Of a DNA stretch of 64,000 nucleotides, positions 10,105 through 19,556 are shown in pieces (positions within the stretch are counted from its first letter, which is position 1; every line of letters begins with the position of its first letter). Source of the DNA: a virus; the IMG/VR virus record IMGVR_UViG_3300030503_000566, positions 21,558-85,557 of that record, one strand, 5' to 3'. The position numbers and the translations under genes were made by a program. Below the pieces are notes generated by a model that was not told where the DNA came from, ran no database searches, and saw nothing but the letters and a program-made list of their open reading frames with translations.

Positions 10105-10551
10105 CTACTTAATACCATGAAGCTTACAAAGCTCCAAAAATCTACTTTTGGTTATAACCCTCTCCAAAATTAATTCCCTCGAAATTATATCTCCTCCTGT
10201 TCCCCTGTAATAAGGAGTGCCTTTAGGTATTGTACACTCTATAAGTCTTATAGAATAGCCTCTATTAAAGATGCTGCTTCTATTCTTATAATGCTTTATC
10301 TTATTTAGATCAAATGAGTGCATACCTTGATCAGTCATGGAATATGGAGCATTTTCTAGGGGAAAATTATCATTAATATAGTGATAACCAAGCTCATACT
10401 TAAATGCAAAATGAACTGATATGAATTCCCTTCTTTTAAAAGGTGGTCCAAATGACTTATTGGCCTCTGGAACTCTCTTTAGTTTTTTATATACGGTGAT
10501 ATCCCCTTTTGCTATTTTTGCTATAGGGGACCCTTTTCTGTCTAAACACAT
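10105..10551 (-). CDS. hypothetical phage protein
   Basis: MCL..DITVYK..GMHSF..CTIPKGTPYY pattern. Confidence 0.7.
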   Translation of the reverse strand: MCLDRKGSPIAKIAKGDITVYKKLKRVPEANKSFGPPFKRREFISVHFAFKYELGYHYINDNFPLENAPYSMTDQGMHSFDLNKIKHYKNRSSIFNRGYSIRLIECTIPKGTPYYRGTGGDIISRELILERVITKSRFLELCKLHGIK

Positions 10552-10553
10552 TA

Positions 10554-10883
10554 TTAAAAGTTTAAGTTTTTAGTGAGTTGATACTCCCTCTCCCACTCTT
10601 TAACCATCTCCATAGTGAGAGGGGTACCCCCTAATGTAGCAAACCTTGTTACGTTCCAGTAGGGCTCTATCATAGTAGTTCCTAATATAGGATGAGCTAT
10701 TGGAACTTTTGGATTATTAATCTCATTAAGAAGAATACCGCTATTTCCCTCACTGTTTTTAGCTATTATCTCTCTTACTGTATATAGGACATCTTGTAAG
10801 GGATGAGTAACCCCCCAGTGTACCCAAAAGGCTAATTGGTCGGCTGTAAACTTTGCATCTACACATATTATTTGCTCATCCAT
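10554..10883 (-). CDS. hypothetical protein
   Basis: Probable start MDEQIICVDA at 10883. Confidence 0.65.
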   Translation of the reverse strand: MDEQIICVDAKFTADQLAFWVHWGVTHPLQDVLYTVREIIAKNSEGNSGILLNEINNPKVPIAHPILGTTMIEPYWNVTRFATLGGTPLTMEMVKEWEREYQLTKNLNF

Positions 10884-10929
10884 AATAAGTAAATTGAAAA
10901 ATAGGAGGATATCAAGTCCTCCTATTGAG

Positions 10930-11283
10930 TTAAACTTTTTCGGTTTCTTCAATCTTTTTTAAATCCTCCTCATTGGGCAATTCAGGAACTTTATTCCTTA
11001 TGTTACCAACGTGGGCTACAAGTGCCTCTCCAAAAGGGATAGTTCCTATACCATGAACACCAAATCCAACAATCTCTCCAATATAATGGATAATATATAT
11101 ATCCCCCGTCAGATGGGAGATAACAACACCTATAGTCATCATAATAATACCTGCACCCATTCTATGATGTAAAGTGTGATCCTCACCTATTAGATGTATA
11201 CAGATAATCCTTGGAATATCTATTTTCAGCAGGGTTTTTTTTCTGTTGGATTTAGTTGGGGGAGGGCGCTTGTTTTTGGTCAT
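10930..11283 (-). CDS. membrane protein with two hydrophobic segments
   Basis: GAGIIMMTIGVVI and IVGFGVHGIGTIPF hydrophobic stretches. Confidence 0.6.
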   Translation of the reverse strand: MTKNKRPPPTKSNRKKTLLKIDIPRIICIHLIGEDHTLHHRMGAGIIMMTIGVVISHLTGDIYIIHYIGEIVGFGVHGIGTIPFGEALVAHVGNIRNKVPELPNEEDLKKIEETEKV

Positions 11284-11309
11284 AGTTTTGCTTTTGATGA
11301 TGGTTGATT

Positions 11310-11759
11310 TTATTTATTTTTCCTACTCTCGCCGGGTTTTCCATTAATTTCCTCTGATTCTCTGATAATCTTTTTAATAGGATCTTCCTCCACATTCCCT
11401 GCTTGGAGACCTCCCAACTCTACTTTCAAAACATTTATTTTTGGCCCCCCACTCCTACCTGTTGTGATTGCTAGATAACCTCCAAAAGCATACATAGCAA
11501 GAGCTAATTCAGTGGGGGTTTTGCATTGTTCAGATATTTCTGTAATGCAAGGAATAGCAAGGGTATATTTCCCAATCTTTTTGTCCTCGCCAGTAGCACT
11601 ATCAAAAGCTTTTATAATCATCCCTGTAATTTCAGAACCTCTCTCATTAGAAATTCCAAAGAAAGAAAGTATAGAGCCCTCAAGGTCTAGAGAGTCAGGA
11701 TTATATACTTTACCTATAGTGAGATCAAAACCCTCGGGAACATTTTCAGTACCTTTCAT
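11310..11759 (-). CDS. 'LG.s..R..E' paralogue family member 1
   Basis: FFGISNERGSEI...TPTELALAMYAFG shared with four neighbours. Confidence 0.7.
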   Translation of the reverse strand: MKGTENVPEGFDLTIGKVYNPDSLDLEGSILSFFGISNERGSEITGMIIKAFDSATGEDKKIGKYTLAIPCITEISEQCKTPTELALAMYAFGGYLAITTGRSGGPKINVLKVELGGLQAGNVEEDPIKKIIRESEEINGKPGESRKNK

Positions 11760-11765
11760 AACTGA

Positions 11766-11804
11766 TTGATTTATAGTTGATTTATAGTTGATTTATAGTT
11801 GATT
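11766..11804. repeat. 11-bp tandem repeat TTGATTTATAG x3.5
   Basis: Read directly; lies just upstream of the start codon at 11759. Confidence 0.85.
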
Positions 11805-11825
11805 AATAATTCACAAATTGTAAAT

Positions 11826-12000
11826 AAAAAGAGAGCCTAGCGTTAATGTCTTTATAAAATTAAGTATAATAGAGCTATCTTCGGTGTTTACGGCTGTTAA
11901 CCTACCGATCCCTATGTGGATAAATATCCTCTAAGTACTTTCGAGAGTTTCTCTTATTATAGAAATTGAGTATATTGCAGGCTCACACTGCTAAGGCTCC
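11826..12000 (-). ncRNA. candidate ~170-nt structured RNA
   Basis: Nested complementarity GGAGCC-TAGC/GCTA-GGCTCT, AGTGT/ACATT, TATAATA-GAG/CTC-TATTATA, apical hairpins, 3' U-tract. Confidence 0.55.
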
Positions 12001-12024
12001 TTTACGTATCCCTACTAAGGAAGA

Positions 12025-12087
12025 TTAGAATAATACTATAACTGCTACATAAGCAGCCAGCATTACTACAATTATTAGATTCTTCAT
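12025..12087 (-). CDS. 20-aa hydrophobic microprotein MKNLIIVVMLAAYVAVIVLF
   Basis: Manual translation; starts 1 nt after the upstream stop. Confidence 0.5.
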   Translation of the reverse strand: MKNLIIVVMLAAYVAVIVLF

Positions 12088-12088
12088 A

Positions 12089-12535
12089 TTAAATTACTTG
12101 TTTTTGAAGGTCGATTTGAGCAATTGTGTCCTCTGCAATATCAAAAGCTTTTAGTGAGAGGGCTACCTCTTTCTTTATAATATAACAAGGGCAAGAAAAG
12201 GCACCAAACATTAAACCTACCATACCTCCAGTAAGATATTCAGGATAAAGTTTGCTCATTTCTGTCTCTATAGGTGAGTGTATAACTATGGGGTGGACAA
12301 TTCTTAAGTCCTCTTTTAGAGCTTCGAGATCTTTAGATGCGTTTAGAGCAATTTGCATTCCCTTATTAATAAACTCTTTTCGTCCGAATACCTCAATACC
12401 TTTAGAATTACCTTGGATAAAGGTTCCTGCCTCTGTGATAAACACAACAGAAAAGCCCTCACATGTAATACCATTGACTATTTGCTGTGATATTTCAATC
12501 TCTTCTCCGGTGTCTTCTAATATTATCTTTTTCAT
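12089..12535 (-). CDS. hypothetical protein
   Basis: Probable start MKKIILEDT at 12535; the longer start runs through a terminator. Confidence 0.65.
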   Translation of the reverse strand: MKKIILEDTGEEIEISQQIVNGITCEGFSVVFITEAGTFIQGNSKGIEVFGRKEFINKGMQIALNASKDLEALKEDLRIVHPIVIHSPIETEMSKLYPEYLTGGMVGLMFGAFSCPCYIIKKEVALSLKAFDIAEDTIAQIDLQKQVI

Positions 12536-12563
12536 GAATTTTTCTGTTGGATGTGCTAAAATG

Positions 12564-12595
12564 AAAATAGGAGGAGGGATACCGCCCTCCCCCCC
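12564..12595 (-). terminator. intrinsic terminator
   Basis: GGAGGG-CGGTAT-CCCTCC hairpin followed by TATTTT on the minus strand. Confidence 0.6.
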
Positions 12596-12613
12596 ATAAA
12601 TCAAGCTGGTTAA

Positions 12614-12997
12614 CTAACTGTTATCATCATTGTCAGAGAGGGGACTGAAATCTTCTCCGTCCCCCTCACCTTTTCCCAAAGAGGCTAAAAGTGAAGAGAG
12701 AGGATTTTCACCACCCTCCTGATCTTCAAAACCACTTTGGTCATCATTCATGCCAATACCGTGGCCTATAGCCCATGCTGCAAAAAGCCTTTCACTCTCC
12801 ATGGGTAGGCCTACTGCTGCATTCCACACAGCACCTTTGATATTCTCTCCAAAACCATCAACTTTGGCACCCGCATTAATGAGGGCGACAATCTCTGTGG
12901 CACGGTCATTACTTACCCCAAGGTTCTCCCTTACATCTTCTGAGGTGGGGTTTGCGAGTGTAAATGCAGAGGCGACTGATGCTGTTGCTGTGTTCAT
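12614..12997 (-). CDS. paralogue family member 2
   Basis: NLGVSNDRATEI...SERLFAAWAIG; acidic tail with NPLSSLLASLG. Confidence 0.7.
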   Translation of the reverse strand: MNTATASVASAFTLANPTSEDVRENLGVSNDRATEIVALINAGAKVDGFGENIKGAVWNAAVGLPMESERLFAAWAIGHGIGMNDDQSGFEDQEGGENPLSSLLASLGKGEGDGEDFSPLSDNDDNS

Positions 12998-13081
12998 TTT
13001 TCTGTTTTAAAATTGTTAATGAAAATTAATAAAAAAGGAAAGATTTAATGATTTCTGCTATTTGATTACTGTAACAAAGGA

Positions 13082-13414
13082 CTAATTACCATCATCCTCC
13101 AAATCATTATCAGTAATAGCACCGCCTAAGGCTGCTGCTAATGCTGCAAGGGGGTTTTGAGAATTCTGGCGATCTGCCATAAAACAACCAAAGATAAACA
13201 TGGTAAAAGCCAATTCATTGTGATTAGTAGTACTCGAAGCTACTATTGCCATTCTCTCAGAGATATCAAATTCATCTCCCTCAGCATTTTCTTCAATAAT
13301 ACCGCAAAGTTCATCTCTGCGAGTATCCTCAATACCAAGGGTCTCCGCAATGTACTTTCTGTTGGGTGTTAATGTAAGGCTGATTTTTTCTCCTGTTTGA
13401 GTGTTCGTTTCCAT
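13082..13414 (-). CDS. paralogue family member 3
   Basis: TLGIEDTRRDEL...NHNELAFTMFIFG; NPLAALAAALG. Confidence 0.7.
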   Translation of the reverse strand: METNTQTGEKISLTLTPNRKYIAETLGIEDTRRDELCGIIEENAEGDEFDISERMAIVASSTTNHNELAFTMFIFGCFMADRQNSQNPLAALAAALGGAITDNDLEDDGN

Positions 13415-13441
13415 TTTACTGGTTTTTGTTTGTTATGAAAA

Positions 13442-13729
13442 TTAATCGTCTCCTAAAGTTGTCTCAACTATACCTCTCTTAAAATGCTTAGTACCAAAAT
13501 AATACATGCAATAAGAGAGTTCATTTGCATTATCAGCTATTTGCTGAATACCAGCCATAATAGTGAGGTTTGTGGGATTTGGACTGAGAACTACCTCCAA
13601 ATTGACAGCCTCTTCTAATTTTCTCCTTCTATGAGGGAGTATTCCTAACATAGTAGGCAAATCTGAGTTTTGATCCCCATTTGCAATGATTAAACCCAGA
13701 TTCTTTCTTCTAAGCAATGTAGAGTGCAT
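13442..13729 (-). CDS. paralogue family member 4
   Basis: MLGILPHRRRKL...NANELSYCMYYFG. Confidence 0.65.
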   Translation of the reverse strand: MHSTLLRRKNLGLIIANGDQNSDLPTMLGILPHRRRKLEEAVNLEVVLSPNPTNLTIMAGIQQIADNANELSYCMYYFGTKHFKRGIVETTLGDD

Positions 13730-13740
13730 ATAGTTGGTTT

Positions 13741-14070
13741 TTAGTGTAATGTATTACTTTTACTAAAGTCAAGGATAAATCCTTCACCGTTCATTATAGG
13801 GATAAGATAGCTGTTTTTATTGTTTTTATTGTTATTAATAAGGTATCCTCGATCCTGAAGAGCTTTCTTTTCTATTAAAGTATCCTCTTTTGGGTTATAG
13901 ATATTGAAGGTATCATCTATCCAACCTGTAGCAACTGTATCTCCATATTTAACATTAAGTACCGTTTGAGAAACTATTATGTACTTACTATGTTGAGATC
14001 TTTTACACTCAAATAAAAATAAAAGGCTAATAAGAAATGTTAGCGTCAAATAAAACTTTGTTGATTGCAC
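13741..14070 (-). CDS. secreted or lipoprotein-like protein
   Basis: N-terminal hydrophobic signal ending in Cys (LLFLFEC). Confidence 0.55.
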   Translation of the reverse strand: MQSTKFYLTLTFLISLLFLFECKRSQHSKYIIVSQTVLNVKYGDTVATGWIDDTFNIYNPKEDTLIEKKALQDRGYLINNNKNNKNSYLIPIMNGEGFILDFSKSNTLH

Positions 14071-14074
14071 GAAA

Positions 14075-14404
14075 TCATTTTTTTGATGGTATATATAGGT
14101 AAGATCCTGAATAGGTTACTCCATCCCACTTAAGATCTTCGTCTATCTCCAATCCTGTTTCCGCATTAAAATCCCACTCTGGCATTTGTGAAAATTCAGG
14201 AACATTAAGAAGACCCAAGGCTTGGAGGGTTTGCCTTATCTCTTTTAAAACCTCTTCTTTTGACCTAGGGACTGATACAGTAATAATCTTATCGTCTCTT
14301 CTAATCACAATGCACTTTATTCCTACAATTCCTGCTAGGAATCTCTCGACTATATCCCCCACCTCTAATTCATCTAGCTGTTCTCTTGTCGCTTTTGTAT
14401 GCAT
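14075..14404 (-). CDS. hypothetical protein
   Basis: 109 aa co-oriented ORF. Confidence 0.65.
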   Translation of the reverse strand: MHTKATREQLDELEVGDIVERFLAGIVGIKCIVIRRDDKIITVSVPRSKEEVLKEIRQTLQALGLLNVPEFSQMPEWDFNAETGLEIDEDLKWDGVTYSGSYLYIPSKK

Positions 14405-14405
14405 A

Positions 14406-14675
14406 TTAAAGATATTCAGTTATAATACAAGTAGTCATAGGGATAGTCTTTTTTATAGCTTTCCCTTGCTCATTTACTCCTGTAATTTGTAAGGTGTATT
14501 GGTAAAAGCCCTTCAGTGGGTCATATACACCCTTATCCACAGTGATCTTATCCTCATTTGGTGGAGTGATAACCTCATTTATTAGCCCACTCATGAAATC
14601 CCTCTCATCAGGATAGCTAACCTCTACTCTCTCAATAGTGTCCTGATCTTTGTAATATACATTAACATAAATCAT
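14406..14675 (-). CDS. hypothetical protein
   Basis: 89 aa co-oriented ORF. Confidence 0.6.
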   Translation of the reverse strand: MIYVNVYYKDQDTIERVEVSYPDERDFMSGLINEVITPPNEDKITVDKGVYDPLKGFYQYTLQITGVNEQGKAIKKTIPMTTCIITEYL

Positions 14676-14686
14676 AATTATGAATT

Positions 14687-15001
14687 TTACAGTCCAAATA
14701 TATCTCTAAAAGCATCTGAGGTGTAATTTACCTTTGCCTTGGCTAGCTGTATAGCACTTATGACTACTGTTGATATGACATAGCTAATAAAACACAATTC
14801 TTCAGGTGTTTCGGGGGAAGCCTTTTTTATAAATTCTATTAATATATCTCCACTGTTAAGTTTATCCCCTTTCTTTGCATTATTAACAAAAGCGGCTGCT
14901 GCTTCAGCAATCTTATCAGTAAGTTCTGTATATCTTTCATCAGATAATCCGAGAGTTAAATACATATTTGATTGTCCTTTATTTAATGTGAGATTTATCA
15001 T
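14687..15001 (-). CDS. paralogue family member 5
   Basis: TLGLSDERYTEL...TPEELCFISYVI. Confidence 0.7.
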   Translation of the reverse strand: MINLTLNKGQSNMYLTLGLSDERYTELTDKIAEAAAAFVNNAKKGDKLNSGDILIEFIKKASPETPEELCFISYVISTVVISAIQLAKAKVNYTSDAFRDIFGL

Positions 15002-15019
15002 TTTGTTACTTTATACGTT

Positions 15020-15061
15020 AAAAATAAAAATGGGGGTAGTAGTTTTACCTACTTTCCCCCC
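15020..15061 (-). terminator. intrinsic terminator
   Basis: GGGGG-AA-AGTAG...CTACT-A-CCCCC followed by ATTTTTATTTTT. Confidence 0.65.
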
Positions 15062-15112
15062 TAACACCTAACAAGCTCCTGAAAGGCACCCACCCATAAG
15101 AGAGCTATAATC

Positions 15113-15442
15113 TTAACAGTTTTCGTTAATTCTTTTGAGTTTTAGCTTTACTATAGGTATACCAATGAGGCTTACTTTTGCTTCTTCTGATATTCTATTA
15201 ATATCCTCTATACTATACGATTTTTTCCAAGGCTTTAGATTTGGACCAACTTCCCCCCATCTATAGGGAATTTTATATTTCTGACCCCCCTCATCCCAAA
15301 TAAAGAGAAAAGTACTCCCAACCTCGGAACGATATCCCTTCCTTTTAAGAGCCTGATATAGAGGACATTGCTCAGAACCATAATATCCATGATTAGCATC
15401 CCTAAAATCCTCAGGTGTTATAGTTACCTTAATTGATGACAT
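15113..15442 (-). CDS. hypothetical protein
   Basis: 109 aa; VTITPEDF..CPLYQALKR. Confidence 0.65.
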   Translation of the reverse strand: MSSIKVTITPEDFRDANHGYYGSEQCPLYQALKRKGYRSEVGSTFLFIWDEGGQKYKIPYRWGEVGPNLKPWKKSYSIEDINRISEEAKVSLIGIPIVKLKLKRINENC

Positions 15443-15453
15443 AAATTAATATT

Positions 15454-15813
15454 TTAAAACTTTCCAGTTAATGAGTACTCCATAATAGTATGATCCTCAG
15501 GATCACACTCAGCAGGTTCAAGTTTCAGGTGAAGTTCAAACACTCCTGTACCATGATTCTCTGCTGCTTGGAGGAGGGCTTTTGCTGCTACTTGGCACAT
15601 TATTTCACAGGAACCAACATGGTTTTGGAGAGCATCAGTAACAACAGCTTTTATCTCTTTATTATCAAGGATAAAGCCATCTTTGTCCATATTACTCTCC
15701 AAGCATACTATAGATGCAGAGTATTTATACTTCTTCCATCCTCTATCCCAACATTGGGTGTCAGAAGTATGCTCAATATCTACCTTCCCCAAACGGGTGA
15801 TTTTTAGAAACAT
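15454..15813 (-). CDS. degenerate QueD/PTPS-like T-fold protein
   Basis: C...Y.Y...I.....D.DGFILD..EIK..V and SCE.M...A..L echo the QueD layout; Zn-binding His residues not evident. Confidence 0.45.
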   Translation of the reverse strand: MFLKITRLGKVDIEHTSDTQCWDRGWKKYKYSASIVCLESNMDKDGFILDNKEIKAVVTDALQNHVGSCEIMCQVAAKALLQAAENHGTGVFELHLKLEPAECDPEDHTIMEYSLTGKF

Positions 15814-16055
15814 GATACTTGTTTTAGTTGTCAATAATATTAAGTGCCCTGAGGGGGTTGAATAATAGGATATCTGGGTCCTCTATCACTATCAGGGTAC
15901 ATCCATCCGGGGTCTGTAGGCTCAAAATCCTTATCAATTGCTCCTCCCCTTGGTAAATCTGGAGCATAAGGATTAATAAGATCAAATTCTTGCAATAACT
16001 CTTCAAAACCTTTTTTGGTGGACTTTCTCTTCTTGGTGGGCATTTTAGGTGGGTT

Positions 16056-16154
16056 TTAACTATTACGATGTTTTATACAGTATCCTGCTAAACAAAGGCA
16101 TAAGATAAGAGCTAATATAAGCACTACTCTTATTGGTATTTGGGTGGGGTCCAT
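16056..16154 (-). CDS. 32-aa single-TM microprotein
   Basis: MDPTQIPIRVVLILALILCLCLAGYCIKHRNS, manual translation. Confidence 0.45.
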   Translation of the reverse strand: MDPTQIPIRVVLILALILCLCLAGYCIKHRNS

Positions 16155-16639
16155 AGATATTGATTTTTAGGTAAATATAATTTGTCTAACAGATCTCCTT
16201 TAAGACTAAAGAGCCTACAAACTTCATTGATTAGTTCTTCCTCCCTTTTTCTCTCTTTAATAGCACCCATCACAAGCTGTATAGCTATTTTCTCATATTT
16301 AACGGCCTCTAATAGATGTTTAGTCTTTATACTTGAATCAGAGGCACTGTCTGCCCTACCCTTGCAAACTGTACTCATCGAATCCCATAAATTAGATTCA
16401 ACTACTAATCTATTTTCATCGCTATCAAGATATGCTAAAGAGTCAAGAATAATTAGTCCTCTCTCAATGCTATCAATATTTGTAAGAGTACATTGCATAA
16501 ATGGTGTAACGGCATTCCACCCAGCTACTGAATCTGTATCTTTTTGATGTATTACCCAAGGACCCAGTGTGTCCTTAATTTGTGCAAATCCACCCATAGA
16601 GATAAAAGTACTAAAGATCCAAATGATTGCTTGTTTCAT
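16130..16639 (-). CDS. secreted hypothetical protein
   Basis: Signal-peptide-like MKQAIIWIFSTFISMGGFA-Q. Confidence 0.65.
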   Translation of the reverse strand: MKQAIIWIFSTFISMGGFAQIKDTLGPWVIHQKDTDSVAGWNAVTPFMQCTLTNIDSIERGLIILDSLAYLDSDENRLVVESNLWDSMSTVCKGRADSASDSSIKTKHLLEAVKYEKIAIQLVMGAIKERKREEELINEVCRLFSLKGDLLDKLYLPKNQYLWTPPKYQ

Positions 16640-16642
16640 GAT

Positions 16643-17754
16643 TTAATTTTTAGCGCGTGTAAATTTTTGTACCCAAAATTCAGTTCCATAGAGCTTGGTT
16701 TTCTCCCCTTTTATAATAGAGGACAATTTATCATCTAAGTAGTTGTCATTTAAGGAGATATGGAACTGAGATTTAATATCCTCAAGGGTAGGTTCCTCCC
16801 AATATACTATCTCTAGTGAGCTAGTGGGACTCTGGTGCTCTTGGGATTGCGACAAAAGGATCCAAATCTGTTCCATCTTTGTTTAATTTAATGATTAAAG
16901 CGCATTCTAATAAAGGGCACTAACTGGGTTGTGTATCCCTCTCATAGCTACCTATCCATAGGGGTGGTGCTGCTGGATGCTGACAAAATTCCTCATACGA
17001 ATCATATAATGGACAATTAAGACAGTTTCTTACATTAGTTTCTTGTAGCATCATAAAATACCTTTTGTCTTTTGTTGTATAAATCAATAAGATATCTCTC
17101 AAATCTCCTCCTAATACTCTCTATTTCCCACTCAACTCTATAGGCTGCATGAAGGGCATTATATATATCCTCTCCCTCTACTCTATGAGTAGTATCACTA
17201 TAGGTAAGTATAAGGTAGCCCATCTCATTATTACCAAATGGACCTTTACTAGGAGGCTGTATAGTTCCCGTACATCCTCTACCTATCATATACTCAACTA
17301 ACTGTAATACTATTGGATCTTTATCCCACATTCTTCAAGGATTTAACTCTAAAGATATATTGTGTAGGTTCTGTACAACTATAGATAAAGGCTGTATATA
17401 GGTTTCCATCATCGAGATAAACATGCAGTGTCCCTCCCCCCTCTATTTGTTTGAATACCTCTATCACACTATCTACTTTTAATTTTTTCCCTGTAGTATT
17501 ATAAGAATAGGTAAATGGTTCCATTAGTATTTGATTTTTGACATTTGATCTAATGCTTGATCCATCTCTTCATTAGCATCTACAAACTTATTCTCACTCT
17601 CAGTATGAGCATTGAGAACATCAGTAATTCCATTAGCTGCATCAAGACTCTCCTCACTAAGATCTTGAATAATCTGATAGGTATAGTATTTGTTTTTTCC
17701 TATATAGAGTTCGTGAATCCACTTATTTATCTGGTCAATAGTGTAAGATTTCAT
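16643..17754 (-). other. run of five short hypothetical ORFs (16643-16876, 16920-17102, 17035-17331, 17321-17524, 17524-17754)
   Basis: Co-oriented, abutting or overlapping ORFs; no recognisable motifs. Confidence 0.55.
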
Positions 17755-17757
17755 ATA

Positions 17758-18327
17758 CTAAGGTTTAAATGTTCCTTTATTAGCGATAATATTTTTGCAG
17801 ATACCTATTAATCTCTCATTATCTTTTTTATAAGTTCTTCCAAATTCTTTGGCTTTACTCGTAACATCATTGACATTCCAAAAGGTAAGAGTATCTTTTT
17901 CATCTGTTATACCTCTCTTTTCAAAAGCACTCTCTATAAGACTTAACTGGCGTGGAGTAAACGCTCTTCTTAGGTATTTTCTCCAGTTGTAATCATCTTG
18001 TAATGCCTCAATACTCCAGCTTCTATAAAACGCACTCTCAGACCCCTCTATATCAGATAATCTTAAATTATCACCCAAATTGACTAGACTTATAAAGCAA
18101 GAGCCTAGAGCACACGCCTGACATGTGTTATTTGAAAAAACACTATCAAGAGGTATATCCTCATTATTGATCTTTTTTTTATTTTTTATATGTATATAAA
18201 GACCCTCTTTAGGTTTTATTTTACCTTTGGAGATTTGTTTGATAATATCTTTTGCAATAGCTACCCTTTTCTCAGATTTACTAAGCCTCCAAAAAGCTTT
18301 ATTTTTAGCTGATAATTTCTGTTTCAT
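17758..18327 (-). CDS. hypothetical phage protein with CxxCALG motif
   Basis: KRVAIAKD, CQACALG, LIESAFE, ERL.IC.NII.NKG.FKP. Confidence 0.7.
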   Translation of the reverse strand: MKQKLSAKNKAFWRLSKSEKRVAIAKDIIKQISKGKIKPKEGLYIHIKNKKKINNEDIPLDSVFSNNTCQACALGSCFISLVNLGDNLRLSDIEGSESAFYRSWSIEALQDDYNWRKYLRRAFTPRQLSLIESAFEKRGITDEKDTLTFWNVNDVTSKAKEFGRTYKKDNERLIGICKNIIANKGTFKP

Positions 18328-18347
18328 TATTAGTTATTTTAAAAGTT

Positions 18348-18373
18348 AAAAAAAGTGCCATAGAAATGGCACT
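18348..18373 (-). terminator. intrinsic terminator
   Basis: AGTGCCAT-TTCT-ATGGCACT followed by a T-run. Confidence 0.7.
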
Positions 18374-18403
18374 ACATCACTCAAATCGTAAGTATAACAC
18401 GTC

Positions 18404-18878
18404 CTAAACTCTTTCTTTAAGGATTGCTATCTCCTTAGTAATACGTTTTTTGTCATGTTCTGAATAAAGAGGGAAACTTGGTCTTTGCTTGAGATAACTA
18501 TTATTTACAATTTTGTCAAAATCTTTTGTTTGCTCCTGTAATCTCATCAATGCCCCTTGTCTTCTAGCTTTAGCTTTGGGACCCTGTGATAGGTGCCCTC
18601 TTTTCCAAATTGTCATCTTCTACTTGTTGTTTTGTTTTAAATAATCCATGGGGAAAATATATTCTATCCCCACAACATGAACATGTTTCATGAAATTCCT
18701 CCAAATAAAAGTAAGGATTGGGATATGCTTTTAACATAGCTTTAACAGATTCAACATTTTCAGGTCCTTTATCGTTAATATCAAAATTAAAGCTTTCCTC
18801 AACATGATATCTGTTACCTATAATGAGATCTTCATAAGGTTTCCTATTTGAAATACAAACTACATAATTATCTTCCAT
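18404..18878 (-). other. two short hypothetical ORFs (18404-18616, 18570-18878)
   Basis: Co-oriented overlapping ORFs. Confidence 0.55.
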
Positions 18879-18889
18879 GATAGAGTGTT

Positions 18890-18927
18890 AAAAAATCAGC
18901 CCACTATAGGTGAATATAATGGGCTGA
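18890..18927 (-). terminator. intrinsic terminator
   Basis: TCAGCCCATTATA...TATAGTGGGCTGA followed by TTTTTT. Confidence 0.7.
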
Positions 18928-18953
18928 GACCATTAATAATTATCAGATAGCTA

Positions 18954-19160
18954 CTATTCTGCACCCTCTAACTCCTCCTCAAGGAGTTCTTCTTTGAGGT
19001 CAAGGCACTCTTCCTCTGCATCCTTTGCTACGGGATTATCACTATCAGATTTTGTGGGATCAAATGAAGCTACTTCGCCCTCCAGAGTCTCAGGATTACG
19101 AACTTCTTTTGCTCTGTTGTGTGCTGCGGGTCTCTCTGCATGTTTTACATTCTTGTGCAT
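18954..19160 (-). CDS. small acidic protein
   Basis: E-rich C-terminus; followed by a terminator. Confidence 0.6.
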   Translation of the reverse strand: MHKNVKHAERPAAHNRAKEVRNPETLEGEVASFDPTKSDSDNPVAKDAEEECLDLKEELLEEELEGAE

Positions 19161-19204
19161 TGTTTTCGTTTTTATGATGAATAAATAGAGAATTAACTTA
19201 GATA

Positions 19205-19537
19205 TTATCTATCCTTAATTTGTAGAAATAAAGTATCATTTCTACTCCATACTAATAGCTCACTAGGATTCCCCCTGTCTCCTACACTATCAATGTCATG
19301 ATCATCAGGCCAATCTATATAACTATATTTAGTAGGGCAATTAGGAGAATGGTGATGTACACTGCTAGTACTTGTGTCACTTAAAGCCTCTTGTATATCA
19401 CCATTATCATTTGAGGCAGGTAATAAAAGTCGCTCTTCATCCCTATGACCATTATAATAGCCAATGGTATAAATAACACCAAATCCAAAAACTGCCACTA
19501 GTATTACTAATAATATACCTAATAGTTTCATAAACAA
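19205..19537 (-). CDS. N-terminally anchored membrane protein
   Basis: LLGILLVILVAVFGFGVIYTIG. Confidence 0.6.
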   Translation of the reverse strand: MFMKLLGILLVILVAVFGFGVIYTIGYYNGHRDEERLLLPASNDNGDIQEALSDTSTSSVHHHSPNCPTKYSYIDWPDDHDIDSVGDRGNPSELLVWSRNDTLFLQIKDR

Positions 19538-19556
19538 CGATTTAAAAGTTGATAAA

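Noticed and set aside
4782-18000. Plus-strand ORFs in the leftward arm (e.g. 4782-5153, 12252-12599, 16182-16547) and minus-strand ORFs in the late arm (e.g. 38881-39264, 49617-49889)
   Set aside because: They are antisense shadows of better-supported genes; the poly-Val ORF is just the reverse of the poly-Thr tract
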